A stretch of DNA of 61,637 nucleotides, the filler included, from Rhabdomonas costata (Eukaryota): assembly GCA_019059605.1 (NCBI GenBank). It is 23 parts of 23 records of this genome, joined end to end, with 100 filler letters (N's around TTAATTAATTAA, not from the genome) between each part and the next. Parts side by side here need not be neighbours in the genome. Positions count along the whole stretch, not along the records: positions 24,158 to 26,741 come from JAHMHO010002745.1; positions 26,842 to 29,424 come from JAHMHO010002746.1; positions 29,525 to 32,107 come from JAHMHO010002747.1; positions 32,208 to 34,816 come from JAHMHO010002748.1; positions 34,917 to 37,499 come from JAHMHO010002749.1; 18 more parts are not named here. One strand, 5' to 3'. Position 1 is the first letter of the stretch, and the number at the start of each line of letters is the position of its first letter. The position numbers and the translations under genes are program-made. This document shows, in pieces, positions 24,624-35,715 of the stretch. The notes beneath the pieces were generated by a model. It saw nothing but the letters and a program-made list of their open reading frames with translations, ran no database searches and was not told the origin of the DNA.

Positions 24624-26478
24624 AGGAGGCCGAAGCCGATATGCTGGCTTCCCAGCTGCCGAAATACCTCACCACGCGGAGGCTGATGGGCCTGCAGCTT
24701 CGAGACAGCCACTTCCGACGGTGCTCTGCCCCTGTTCACCCACAGTGGGAGTTCTTCGCTTCCACGCACACTCCTCATACTCTCCTCCTCACCCTTTGTT
24801 CTCAGGCGGTGTCACCCCGAGATACTCTCCTCCTTTCCGCCTCCTCTTTCTGTACTCTTTCAGCGTTGTGCGCATGATACCTCCTCCACCGTTTTCCTCC
24901 CCGTTTTCGTGGCCTCGCTCCCCCAAAACACACCTTTTGGAGGAGCGAGTGCGGCAGTGCCTGCGGAGGATCCCGCCCAAGGGCGAGGCCTTCCTGCGCG
25001 CCGTGGAGCAGGCCCCTCTCCACCCGTCCCTCCGTGACTGAAATTGTTTTCATGCGATTTTGCAAACGATTCGAACTCTTTCGAAACTTTTCAAATAACA
25101 TAGAAAGAAATGCACGAGCACACGCATACGCACAATTGAAACAGCAGGTGTTGTTAGCTGACAGGAATTCAACGTTTGGGGTCAGGCCAGCAAAAATGCA
25201 CCCCCAAAAAAATGAACAATGGCTAGGAAGGCAAGAGCTTGGCGGAACCCGCCTGACGAAGTTCTCGCAGATCGGGGAAGCGCGCAAGTCGTGTGCGTTC
25301 GTGCGAACGTTTCGTGTGGCCGCCTTTTTCTGAATGGGATGGGGGCCAGGCTCTGCGCAAGGAGCAGCACTGGGTGGCTTGGAAGCATGACCGCTGCCCA
25401 GACATTAAGAGCGGCAAGCCCGGAGCCAGTGAGCTGTTGGACCGCCATCTCAAAGGTCTCTGATCAGAGCTTTGTGTCGGGTGGTGTCCCACGACGCGCG
25501 CGCACTCCGTCTCGGCAAGCGGGTCCAATATCCAGTGAGGCATCCAGTGAGGCATCAGATCATTCAGCTGCTCAACTCAGAGTTCACCCCTTTCACCTCA
25601 CTTACACTCTCTTTCAGGCGGGTCCCAAGTGCCCGTGTTTGTGTGCTTGTAATTTAACAATTGACAAAAGCAAGCCTTTGTTTTTTGCTTGGCAGGTTTT
25701 CTTTGGATTATTTTTGTGATATGTTGTGATTTGACATTTGCCGGAATTTCTGGTCTGTCGCCGGTTAGCTGGTTAGCTGGTTTTGCCTGTCTCGGGACAA
25801 CTGGAGTCGAATTTTCTGCACCGCTAAACGTTTAACAGTGCTGAACATAAAAAAATAGAGTCTCGCTGTTTGAAAAAAAAACATAATAAAAACATACAAA
25901 ATAGAGTCTCCCTGCTTCCTTCCCTCTCTCTCTTCTCCTCCAGCGCAGAAGGATGGATCCAAGCGGCCCTCCAGCCCAAAGCACTGCCTGGGTAACCCTG
26001 ACCTCTCTGGGCTGTGGGACGACACCGCCGGAACCGCTGAGGTGACCCCCACCCGCTGTCTCTCGACCTCTTTCCTGCCATCTTGTGTCCAGTCAAATAG
26101 ACAACCTGAGTCTCACCTCCTTTTAGCTCAGGTGTCTCCGTTGCGTGTGTTTGGGTTTTGGAGGCTTTTTTCCTATAAAAATGCAAGGCGCCCGATATAC
26201 GGAACGAAATCTCATAATGGGTTCTGCAGCCCTAGTTCTCATGCCATCTGGAATGACTGTTGCACTCTTGCATGGGTCGGAGGTCTGCCCAGATACGTGT
26301 CAGGCGGGGAAGATCGTGAGCGCAGAGATTGTGATTTCCTCGCTCTGTTTTTTCTGTTGCAGGAGAACTGCAGGCTGCTGGGCGCGGGACACGGCGCCGA
26401 GGACTTCCTGCAGGAATTCCGGGACCAGCTTGCGCCGGACTGTGGGGTAGAGAAGCAGTACTTCCTCTCCCAGAACCG
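24624..26478 (+). CDS. THOC1: THO complex subunit 1 (THOC1/Hpr1), internal exons
   Basis: Exons read PKYLTTRRLMGLQLRDSHFR, LRRIPPKGEAFLRAVEQ-ALRKEQHWVAWKHDRCP, LGNPDLSGLW and EDFLQEFRDQLAPDCGVEKQY. These match THOC1 motifs as I recall them (KFLTS..L..LQL.D..FRR, PP.G..F...V..IL..E..W..WK..GCP, GN.EL..LW). Exons at 24624-24720, about 24930-25011, 25350-25428, 25944-26041 and 26363-26478. Confidence 0.82.
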
Positions 26479-27120
26479 GTCCAGTGCAATGGGAGGGAGG
26501 GAAGAGAGCCTGCCTTTTCGGGGAAAGAGTTCTCGGGTTATGACCAGGGTGATGACGGTCGTTATAACCAGGTTTATCACCACCGGTCTAGAATTGCGGA
26601 AAATATAAGCTGTCAAGGAAAGAAAGCCCCCTTTTGATGACTGCAAGACCAAAAAAGTCTTCCCTGCCCTGAAAAGAATCTGTCTCGCACTCAGGGCTGC
26701 CTTTGGGCACTTCAGCCAAACCTTCTCTGTTCCCACCCACANNNNNNNNNNNNNNNNNNNNNNNNNNNNNNNNNNNNNNNNNNNNTTAATTAATTAANNN
26801 NNNNNNNNNNNNNNNNNNNNNNNNNNNNNNNNNNNNNNNNNTGTGGTGGGTGTGTTGGGTGGCGATGGGGCGGCTTCGGGGCAAAGCATAAATAAGCTTC
26901 AGAGGCTGATTTTTAGGATTGCTGCATTTAGTTCTTGCGTCCCCGTGTATGACCAGTTCCAAGGGTGGGGATTTACGTTTTTGTGAAGTCCGCGGTAATC
27001 GAGATCAATAATTGATAAAAAGTGCAAAGATGGTGTTCGTTTCAAGTTGTGCCCTTTACGGAAGGAAACAGATTTATTTGAGACGAGCGATTTGCCCTCA
27101 ACAGGACTCTGAGCCTTCAC

Positions 27121-27297
27121 CTTGCCGCGAGCCCGCAAAGCTGAAGCATTGACTGCAGAGGGCAGCAGCAAAGAGCGTGGGTTAGAATGAGCGGCGTCCC
27201 CTGCCTCACCATCCGCCGCACAGGGTAATGGGTGAACCAGGAGCAGGACCACAAGTAGAAGCAGGGGCACGCAGAGGAGAGGCGCAGTGACCCACAT
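27121..27297 (-). CDS. First exon of a secreted or membrane protein with a signal peptide
   Basis: MWVTAPLLCVPLLLLVVLLLVHPLPCAADG has a hydrophobic core and small-residue cleavage site. The exon ends at aag|gtgaag. Confidence 0.5.
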
Positions 27298-30026
27298 CCG
27301 CTCTGTGGGAACGCGGCAAGGCGGCGGGAGGTCTGTCTCCCCACACTGAGGGCAGAGGGAAACCCGGGCAGCACATGCGCCGAAGTCACAGAGATCCTCA
27401 CACTACCCGACCACAGCAAACACAGAACAATCAAACACAGCAAACCCTGAGACACATCGAATCGCAATCGATTGGAAGAGAGCGACAATGACCGAGCAAA
27501 ACCTGAACACCTTCTAACCACAGCGCGTTGCTGTGCGGGAGCAACGCAAAATTGGCTGTGCATTCAATTGGCAGTCGTGTCTGCGGACTTATCGGGACCC
27601 AGAAAAAAACGAGAAGGTTGAATGGAGCTCATAACCGTCATACAGTCACAACAGATGACAGGAAATATGGAATCTCACTTGAATGATGGCTTTAAATGCA
27701 CAAAAAGTTCAAAGTATGCAAGTATGCAACTCAAACTACAGAGGGCAAAGCAATTTCTCTCATTATTCCGCAGTGGTATATTTAGCGTACGATTCAATCA
27801 GAGACCTGTGCTGGGGTTTCGGTTGTTATGTGCTAAGGTCGTGATAACGTCAGCTAACTAGCCAATGCAGAATTTTGGGTGGAGAGGTGCTACGCGCCGG
27901 CTCCAACAGCTGCAGAGCAAGCCCTTTGTGCACGTCGTCTATGTCAAACATAAGCGAAGCCACACCCCGAACTGGAGAACTTAGTCTGTAAGCTTTCGAA
28001 CTGAAGTCTTTTTGTCCCGTGTTTATCGGCATTGGTAGCATATGCTGTCCCTTCACGACTACGCAATGTAGCAAAACTCTCGATTTACGGTGCAGACTGC
28101 TACTAGAACAGAAGATTGCCTTTACAGAAGCGAAAAGAGCCACTCTGGCATTCCCCGACAAAATGCCGAATCCATGCACAACAGACACAAGTAGGTGCGA
28201 AACTGAAGTTCCTGAAAAGACCAGATAGAACACAGGCAACAAACAGGAAAAAAAATCGCGCACACAAGCCTTTTTACATGTTCAGACCGAAGACCGCTGT
28301 AAACTCCTGTGTCCTGGAGACAGTCCCTCAAGTAGCCAGACAATAGGCGCAGAATCGCACGTCAGAACATCCCCAACACGCTGCTACCAGATACTTGCAT
28401 CCTATCGGCAATTTTGAAGGACGACGGACGACAACGGATAGTACGGGCTCTTGTAAGAACATTCTTCGTTAGCAATGAATGTGGGCGCCCGTGGGAAACT
28501 GGGTCCGGATGTCAGGAGGACCTAACCACGCCTCTGAGGTGCTTGCCGTACACATGCCGCCAACCCGGAACCATCAGGTCAAAGACGAAATAAACTCCAG
28601 TTTCATATCTTTTCTCCGTCCGTTGCTCCGAGAAACACGATGGTGAGATGACCTAATCTCACGGGTTAAATGGGACGTAACTCCAGGCACGGTCGCCAAT
28701 CTGAAATATATGCCAGTGAGAAACAACACACATTTACAGATTGAACATGCAGAAAATCGGGGGAAATCGAGGAAAACGCAATGGAGTAAGGATCCTCACT
28801 TTTTCTTTGCCTTGGCAGCTTCCTTCGCCGACTTCTGTTAAAAAAAAGATGTCGAGGTAACAACAGGTGTAGTCCATAGTTCCTCAAGTTGCAGGGCAAA
28901 ATTGTACAGGGGAAATAGCGGTAATACTGGTGAGGGGAAAACGCGCAACATATGTATTGTTTTCACGCCATCGCATCAATTTGCAGCCAGGTTTTACCTT
29001 TCCATCCCGGAGAATCACCGCCACGACACTAGACCTTACCAGTTTTTCCAACGCCTCAGAGAAAACGTCCAAAGCAAGCGTGAATGTTTAAGGTGCGCAT
29101 CGATCTGTGTCAACGTCATCTTCTCTTTCAAATTAGTCGTTCTAATCCTCCTCTTCACTCACTGCTCCTTCACTGCTGGCGTGGGGTGATTAAGAAAAGG
29201 TTGGGGTTCACAAGAAGAGCAATTCAACAGATTTCAGGCCAAAAAAAAACTTACCATACCCATCCCTCCGCACAGTGAGTTGAGGACCCTGACACAAAAT
29301 GTCAACCTCCCCCGCAGCATACACACAGGACATGCCGCGTCCATCGGTGGCGCCCCCTCGCGCTGGCGGATGGGCAATGGCGGGGGAACTCGCAGCGGTG
29401 GGGGAGACGGAGCCACCCCCAACANNNNNNNNNNNNNNNNNNNNNNNNNNNNNNNNNNNNNNNNNNNNTTAATTAATTAANNNNNNNNNNNNNNNNNNNN
29501 NNNNNNNNNNNNNNNNNNNNNNNNTTGTTTGGGGGGACAGCAGGTTAGGGTGTGTTATTTGGGGTAACGAGTTTTGTGAATTGGCGAGAGGAGTGAAGAA
29601 CTTTCTGCATGCACACTTGAAACGGGAAGGGGCTTACCTTGGAAAGGGAGGACTGTTCCCAAACAAGCTTGATCGCTTGGGCTGGGTAAAAATTCGGCCC
29701 ATTGGCTGCTGCTAACTTAAGCCGAAGACCGAAGCGGGGCACAACGTCTAAATTTCATTTTGGCGGCTGATTTATAACGTAAAATCTTGTGCCCTTCCCA
29801 CAGCAGCAGGAGGGTTTACCGGAATGACGGTCGGTTTGACAGCAAGGAATGTGCGCCGACCACGAGGTCGCGTGGGGAACACAACCCGGCAATCCTGAAA
29901 ATCACACAAAAAACGCGGTAATCTTCAGGAGAAGGGAGAGAGGTAAGAGTATGTACGCGCATAGGGTGGGGGTGCACACCCGTCGCCTTGCCGTTACCTA
30001 ACCCTAAAGGCGAACCCTAAAGGCCT

Positions 30027-31547
30027 TCATTCGGGTTGGTTTACGAAGTTCTCCCTGACTTGAGTCAGAAAGCGGTGCACATCCTCAAAAGTGGTGGCAA
30101 GTCCGATCGATACCCGAACTGCACCTGCGACGCCAAAAGAACCCTTGATGCAGGCCGCCACGTCCTCGTCGCCAGAGAAACCGCAAGTTCCAGGGGCTTT
30201 GCCCTTGCCCTTGCCGGTGTCCTTGTCCATGATCGCGGCCTTCAAGGCTCCGGGGTTGCAGAAACACCCGTACCGCAGTGAGATCTTTGCACGATCACAG
30301 GCCTGCTGAATCTTGGAGTGGTCCACGAACTTCCCGCTGGGAGTGAGGAGATTCAGAGCCACCGTCCCGCCCCGGCTGATGCCATTGGCTGGGCCATACA
30401 GCAGAACCACACTGCGCCCCGTTCTGTGGCGAAGGCCGGTCAGCTGGATAAGCAGCCATTCCGCGAGGGCCATCACGCGCTGATGAATGGAGGTCATGGT
30501 GATCTGAAGAAAAAGGGGAGTGTTATTTCCTCATGAAGAGACTGATCAAGGCATTTCGCTTCGAATGCTTGCTCGGATATAGATGAGAACACTAGGATAC
30601 GAAATCATGGCATGGGCCTTGCTGAGCCCACCACCCTTGTTTCCAACCGTACTATTTAACAACGGAAACTGTCAAAAAAGTAACAAAGGTGTTTACACCC
30701 AGCCCACCCCCAAAGCATCGGACTATTCTTGAAGGTTTGGGTTGCTCGAAAGTTCAAAGAGAGAGCGAACATGAGGCTAGCATCCCGGCCGATCTGTTGC
30801 TGTCGGCGGCCGGCTGGGGATGGGGACAGAAAAATGCCCGAAGCCCCGATGCGTCCGGATTTCTTTCTTCCTCCTCACTATTTGCAGTTTTGTGCATGTG
30901 CTGTGTGCCGGACTTTGGATGCGGGACTGTTTTGTTGACAAGTACAAGAAACAAGTGTTTCATTTTTTGGTGTTTTTTTTTGGGAGGGTCCCCCAGGCTC
31001 ACCCATCTGTCTAGCCTTCACCTCCGGACCTGTGAGGCGTGCAGAAAAAAGGCGTCGGGGCTCCCTCAAGAATGGGGGTACTTCATTGAAGTCGAGGCTT
31101 GAATCTCACGCGTTAAAGCTGGGTGACCTCATTCAGGTGACCCCGAACAGGAGCAGGAGACCCAACATGACCTCATAACTTGAGCTAGAGTGGCGGGTTG
31201 GGGCTCATATTTGGTGGGGTGGTAGTACTCCTGAGATGAGTTGGTTGGCCACTTCCTGGCCTCGGAATCGTTCTTTACACCGAGATCTGGGGCATTTTCG
31301 GGGCATGTTGGGCGATTTTTACGGCATTTTCGATTCAGCCGCATTTGCCAGGCCTGGGGAAGCCCATGGACAAATTCTAGCATATAAAATCAAAAGGAGT
31401 TGAGGGAGGGGGGGGGGGCAGAACCCTGAGCAAATATTGCAGCCCTAGCTTTACGGCCGGGATATCGAGGTAGTTCAGCGTGCCGTCCTCAAAGCCAGCA
31501 TGGCCGTCCCTTAGTAGAAACAAGCCTGGAGTGGCCGCATCCACCAC
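30027..31547 (-). CDS. Molybdenum cofactor sulfurase-like PLP enzyme (aminotransferase class V), last two exons, no MOSC domain
   Basis: Exon 31547-31425 contains FEDGTLNYLDIPAV. Exon 30503-30027 contains RGGTVALNL, ISLRYGCFCNPGA and GAVRVSIGLATTFEDV, followed by a stop. The intron is GT-AG. Confidence 0.85.
31170..31305 (+). repeat. Dispersed repeat family C, copy (others at 38045-38178 + and 3345-3410 -)
   Basis: Shared core gttggggctca..ttggtggg.tggt.gt.ctcctgagatgagttgg.tggcc..ttc.tgg.ctcgga. Confidence 0.8.
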
Positions 31548-32235
31548 CTGCATGGAAAGTGGAATGCGAAAAGACACCTCCCTCTTCGCCCCGCTGGATA
31601 GTCACAATGAACTCGAGAACAGGCCTCCACGCCGGTCCGCTCAATGTTGGCGACTGGCACAACTTTGGGCATTCAGTCGAGGTTTTGACACTGATCATTT
31701 TCAGCGGGCTCTTTATCTGAGAAGGGCATCCGCCTTCTGGACATCCTGTGACCTGTGAAGTAAGGAAGGTGAATTATAGGGAGACATGGCCAGCTTGGCT
31801 TACGTCTGACCATTGCCACATGCAATGTATTCGTGATGTTGCACTATTGGTGGTTTTCACGGTCTCTCGAACAGTTTGACAGGTCATGGGTGATGATAAT
31901 TCAATGTCTCCCCGTACACAAAAAAGCCCCAAGCAGCAGCGCTAAGGCCATGTCTTTTCCCTGTAACTCTCAACCTCGGCCAAGAGTGTGGTCGCTAAGG
32001 TGTGGGTTTACGTGGATCACCCCACAAAAAAGCTGACCTCGACGGTTCCCCCAGAGAATGCAGGACGGGTCAGGCCTCGAAGGGCCTCCTTCCGCACCAA
32101 CCCACCCNNNNNNNNNNNNNNNNNNNNNNNNNNNNNNNNNNNNNNNNNNNNTTAATTAATTAANNNNNNNNNNNNNNNNNNNNNNNNNNNNNNNNNNNNN
32201 NNNNNNNTTTGTGGTGTGTGTGTGTGTGTGTGTGT

Positions 32236-32326
32236 GTGTGTTGGGCGCATTGCGCGCTGGCTGTTGCCTGGTGGACTGGTTGACTGGTTGGTGGTGACCA
32301 CTGGGGACTGACTGGCGCACGCGCTC
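32236..32326 (+). repeat. Dispersed repeat family A, truncated copy flanked by (TG)n
   Basis: tgtgttgggcgcattgcgcgctggctgttgcc...ggtgaccactggggactgactggcgcacgcgct. Confidence 0.9.
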
Positions 32327-33017
32327 ACGTGTGTGTGTGTGTGGGGGGGGGGTTAATCCACAGGCAGGAAGAACGTAAGCAACCAACAGAAAATATATCA
32401 ATGAGCCCCCATCAAATGCAAAGACACCCAGTTTTCACAGCGATGACACATACTAGCAATATTCACGAAGAAGCGAGGGTGGCACTGTCAGGATGGTTCA
32501 CATAAGGTGGCCTCAGGAAATGGAAGATATATAGGGGGAGATTCACCTGTCACTGTCAGCGTGTCAATGCATGGCAACCCACCATTCTACGTTTGCTTTT
32601 CTTCAAGCAAAAAAAAAAGAAAGAAAAGAAACCACTGCCGCCCAGCAAGGCCCCCACGTGAACATCCTTTCACAGATGCAAAAGGGAGTAAAACAAGGGA
32701 TGAACAAGTGGGAAAACCACACCCCAAGTTAGGGCGGGGGGACGGCGCCGAAGCCAGCAAGAAGTTGTGGAGGTGGGCCAGCTCCAGCTCGTTGGGCTTT
32801 ACCCATGCCAGCCGGGGCAGCACACCGGCCCGGGCAGCCTGTTCACTTTTCACCACAGAAACGGGCTCGAAGAAGACCAAAGGGTGGCCGACACGAGGGG
32901 TCGGAGGAGAGATTGGCGATGACTGAGAGATGCCCAACTTTTAATAGCGGAGTGCAGCAGGCCACAGCTGTGGTTTCAAATTTGGCGGACGCGCTCGGGT
33001 CCTGCGTAGTTTTATTT

Positions 33018-33182
33018 GGCACTCCTTCAGCAGTGTACCTTTTTTTTAAGGCTCCTTTCATTGCTCATGTTGACACTTTATGATGACCATTGGCCTTGAT
33101 CGTATCCTTTTATTGATCTCTCAGGGGGTTAGGAGGCGATGCACGTGCCCCCTAAAAAAAGGTACACTGCTGAAGGTATGCC
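33018..33182. mobile_element. MITE-like element with about 30-bp terminal inverted repeats
   Basis: ggcactccttcagcagtgtaccttttttt (33018-) versus aaaaaaaggtacactgctgaaggtatgcc (-33182), with a non-coding interior. Confidence 0.55.
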
Positions 33183-33751
33183 ATTTATTTTTCTTGCAAA
33201 TTTCGGGTTAACATCGGAAGCCCTGGAAGTTTCTTTGACAATGAACTCCGCATTACCCCCGGAACGAGCCCAGCGTACCCACATAAAGTTGCCTATGATG
33301 GATTTCTGATGGAAGATGAGAGTGGCGTGGGGCACTCCTGGGGGTGTCCTGGTCTGGGCGAAGGCTGAGCCATTTCACAGGCCTCGCGAATCACCGCAGT
33401 GTTCATGTTTCCATCTACAAACAGCACCTGAGACAGTGGCAGAGGAGACAAAATAAAAGATACCCGTAATCACCTAATTGGTACAGAATCAACAAACCAG
33501 AGAATGACAATACAATTGTGTGATGCGAGAGCAGCGTGTCTTAAAAACCCCTTCAAGACGCCCATGCTGGGGTGGCTCTGCGGTGTGAGGAGTGAGAACC
33601 AAGGACTACCGCGGAAGATATCCCGTGGGGTGGGGATGAGTCTGGATTCCGCTGGATCACCATTTCATCACTATTCAGGCCCCACACAAAAGCAGAGCAC
33701 AGCTCACGTGCCAAATGGAGAGGAAACCAGAATCCCAGGTGGCGTAGTGAG

Positions 33752-34596
33752 TTGTTCAGCCAGGTCGTTCGCTTTGTCATACGAAAACGGTTCAGTGGGT
33801 CAAAGCCTAACGATGTGTCACAATCACACCAATATATACCAGAGGTCTTGTGCATGTCTAGGTTGATCTTTATACCTCCAAGTGCCTCAAGCTTGGGGCG
33901 TATAAAGCTTTGCACGTGGCTAAAGAAAGAGGGTGACTTTATCAACAAGGGGGATGTAATAGTCTCCTTTCGTATCAACGGGACTGAACAAAATATAGTT
34001 GCAGAGGATAGTGGGAAGCTTGCTAAAACCGCACCAGGGAACACGCCAAATGGTCCAGTGCATGCTGCTGTAGGGGTTTTGTTGAGCGAGGGGGAAGAGA
34101 GCCCAAGTCCTACATCAGGGTATACAAATTTTGTGGTTTTTAGACGCGGAGCGACTACAGAGCAAAACTAGACAGATGGGCCAGAGCTCAAGGTGGTCGA
34201 ACCTGGATCGGTCTACCAGAGCCTAAGTCAGGGAGGGATGAGTCGTGGTGCGGGGGAATCTCATGACGTAATCGGTGGAGTAGAGCAACGGCATGAAGAG
34301 GTGCCCATTAACCTTGAACATAGTCCTGTTATCGCTAAGAATGATGAGAATGATCCTGAAGGAGGGAAGTCGGTCGCGATCTATTAGCCGCTAGGAGCTT
34401 CTATAAGCTTGGTCCTGGGTCTGCAGAGGAGGAAGCATGGGGCACTAAAGAACTGCAGATGCTTGTCACTTTCGCGTCAGATCACGGTATCACGTTCAAT
34501 ACCATAGAGAATGCCGATGATAAAAGCCTTGTCGACATTGCTGGAGAGTTGAAGAGTACAGGGCCATGCAAAAGAGTGCAAGATCAATTGGCGTGA
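33752..34596 (+). pseudogene. Decayed intronless 2-oxoacid dehydrogenase E2 (dihydrolipoamide acyltransferase)-like sequence
   Basis: The lipoyl-domain pattern WLKKEGDFINKGDVI...AEDSGKLAK lacks the ETDK lipoyl lysine. There is an in-frame TAG at 34169-34171 and a frameshift near 34370. Later, VTFASDHGITFNTIENADDKSLVDIAGELK resembles the E2 catalytic domain. Confidence 0.6.
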
Positions 34597-35715
34597 TTCT
34601 TGCAGGTGCGAGATTTCTTTGTGCTATCTGAACTCGCACCAAGTTAGGAATGTTTCTCTACGTTGTACGCATGATTGTGTGGCAGTCTCTTTAACAGCTT
34701 TTTAATCACTGAAGATCTCTAGACTCGGTACCCCCATAACGAGGTAGTACAGGTGAAATCACAGTGAAAGAACCCCCCCCCGCTCACACACTTTGTGCAC
34801 TTGGCACCCAACAACANNNNNNNNNNNNNNNNNNNNNNNNNNNNNNNNNNNNNNNNNNNNTTAATTAATTAANNNNNNNNNNNNNNNNNNNNNNNNNNNN
34901 NNNNNNNNNNNNNNNNGTGTTTGTGTGTGGGTGTGTTCGGACCATTCCAGCAGTAGCTTCACCTCCCCATCGGTGAACCGAGACCGGCCCTGCTCCTGCA
35001 GAACCAGCTCTCCAGGGCCCCGGGAGGCGATGGTGACGTTGCGCGGGTCAGGCACCGAGGCCGGCGGAAAGGCCCCGTTCATCAGCGGGTGCAGCATCGA
35101 GTCCATGCTCGTGGCCATTCCAGGAGGTGAGGCGGATACAGATGTGCACGGATCAAGGTTACCCTCCTAACCTCAGCTTGTAGGGGAGAAAAGTTTGCAA
35201 AGGATTGCGGTGAATAAACAGATACGCAAGAAAAGGCAGAGCAAAGTTCTGGCACACACGAAACAAGAGAGGAAGAAAAGCTGCCCCTTTGGGTTTGTAA
35301 GGCGTGGGCTTCGTGTTTTTGTGTGGACTTTGGACACTGGACGTTTGCTATTTCCGCTCTTCTTGCCCGAATACACATCTATGTACGTTCACATTTTAAC
35401 GCAAGCATTGCTGCACGTACGAGTGTCCCACCTTACCTTGGCTTGGCGGCGCCCTCACCAAAAAGAATAATGCGGTCCCATTAGTAATGCGCTCCCATTG
35501 GACCAATGCAGTACAGGAACAACAAGAACCGTTTGACATCCCCTCACCCCCAAAAGAGCTTGTGTACCCTGTGAACCCGTGACCGGGGGGATTGTGTGCA
35601 TGTGCATTTAGTCCCTTGTCCATGATCCGCACTAAATATTTCACACAGAGCAAGACGCTGCTCAAGTCCACATCACAACAGCGTGGATTTGAAACCAAGT
35701 TATGTGCTGGCAAGG

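Noticed and set aside
29994-30023. CCTAACCCTAA / AACCCTAA telomere-like motifs
   Set aside because: Only two or three imperfect units in a 3' UTR, not a telomeric tract.
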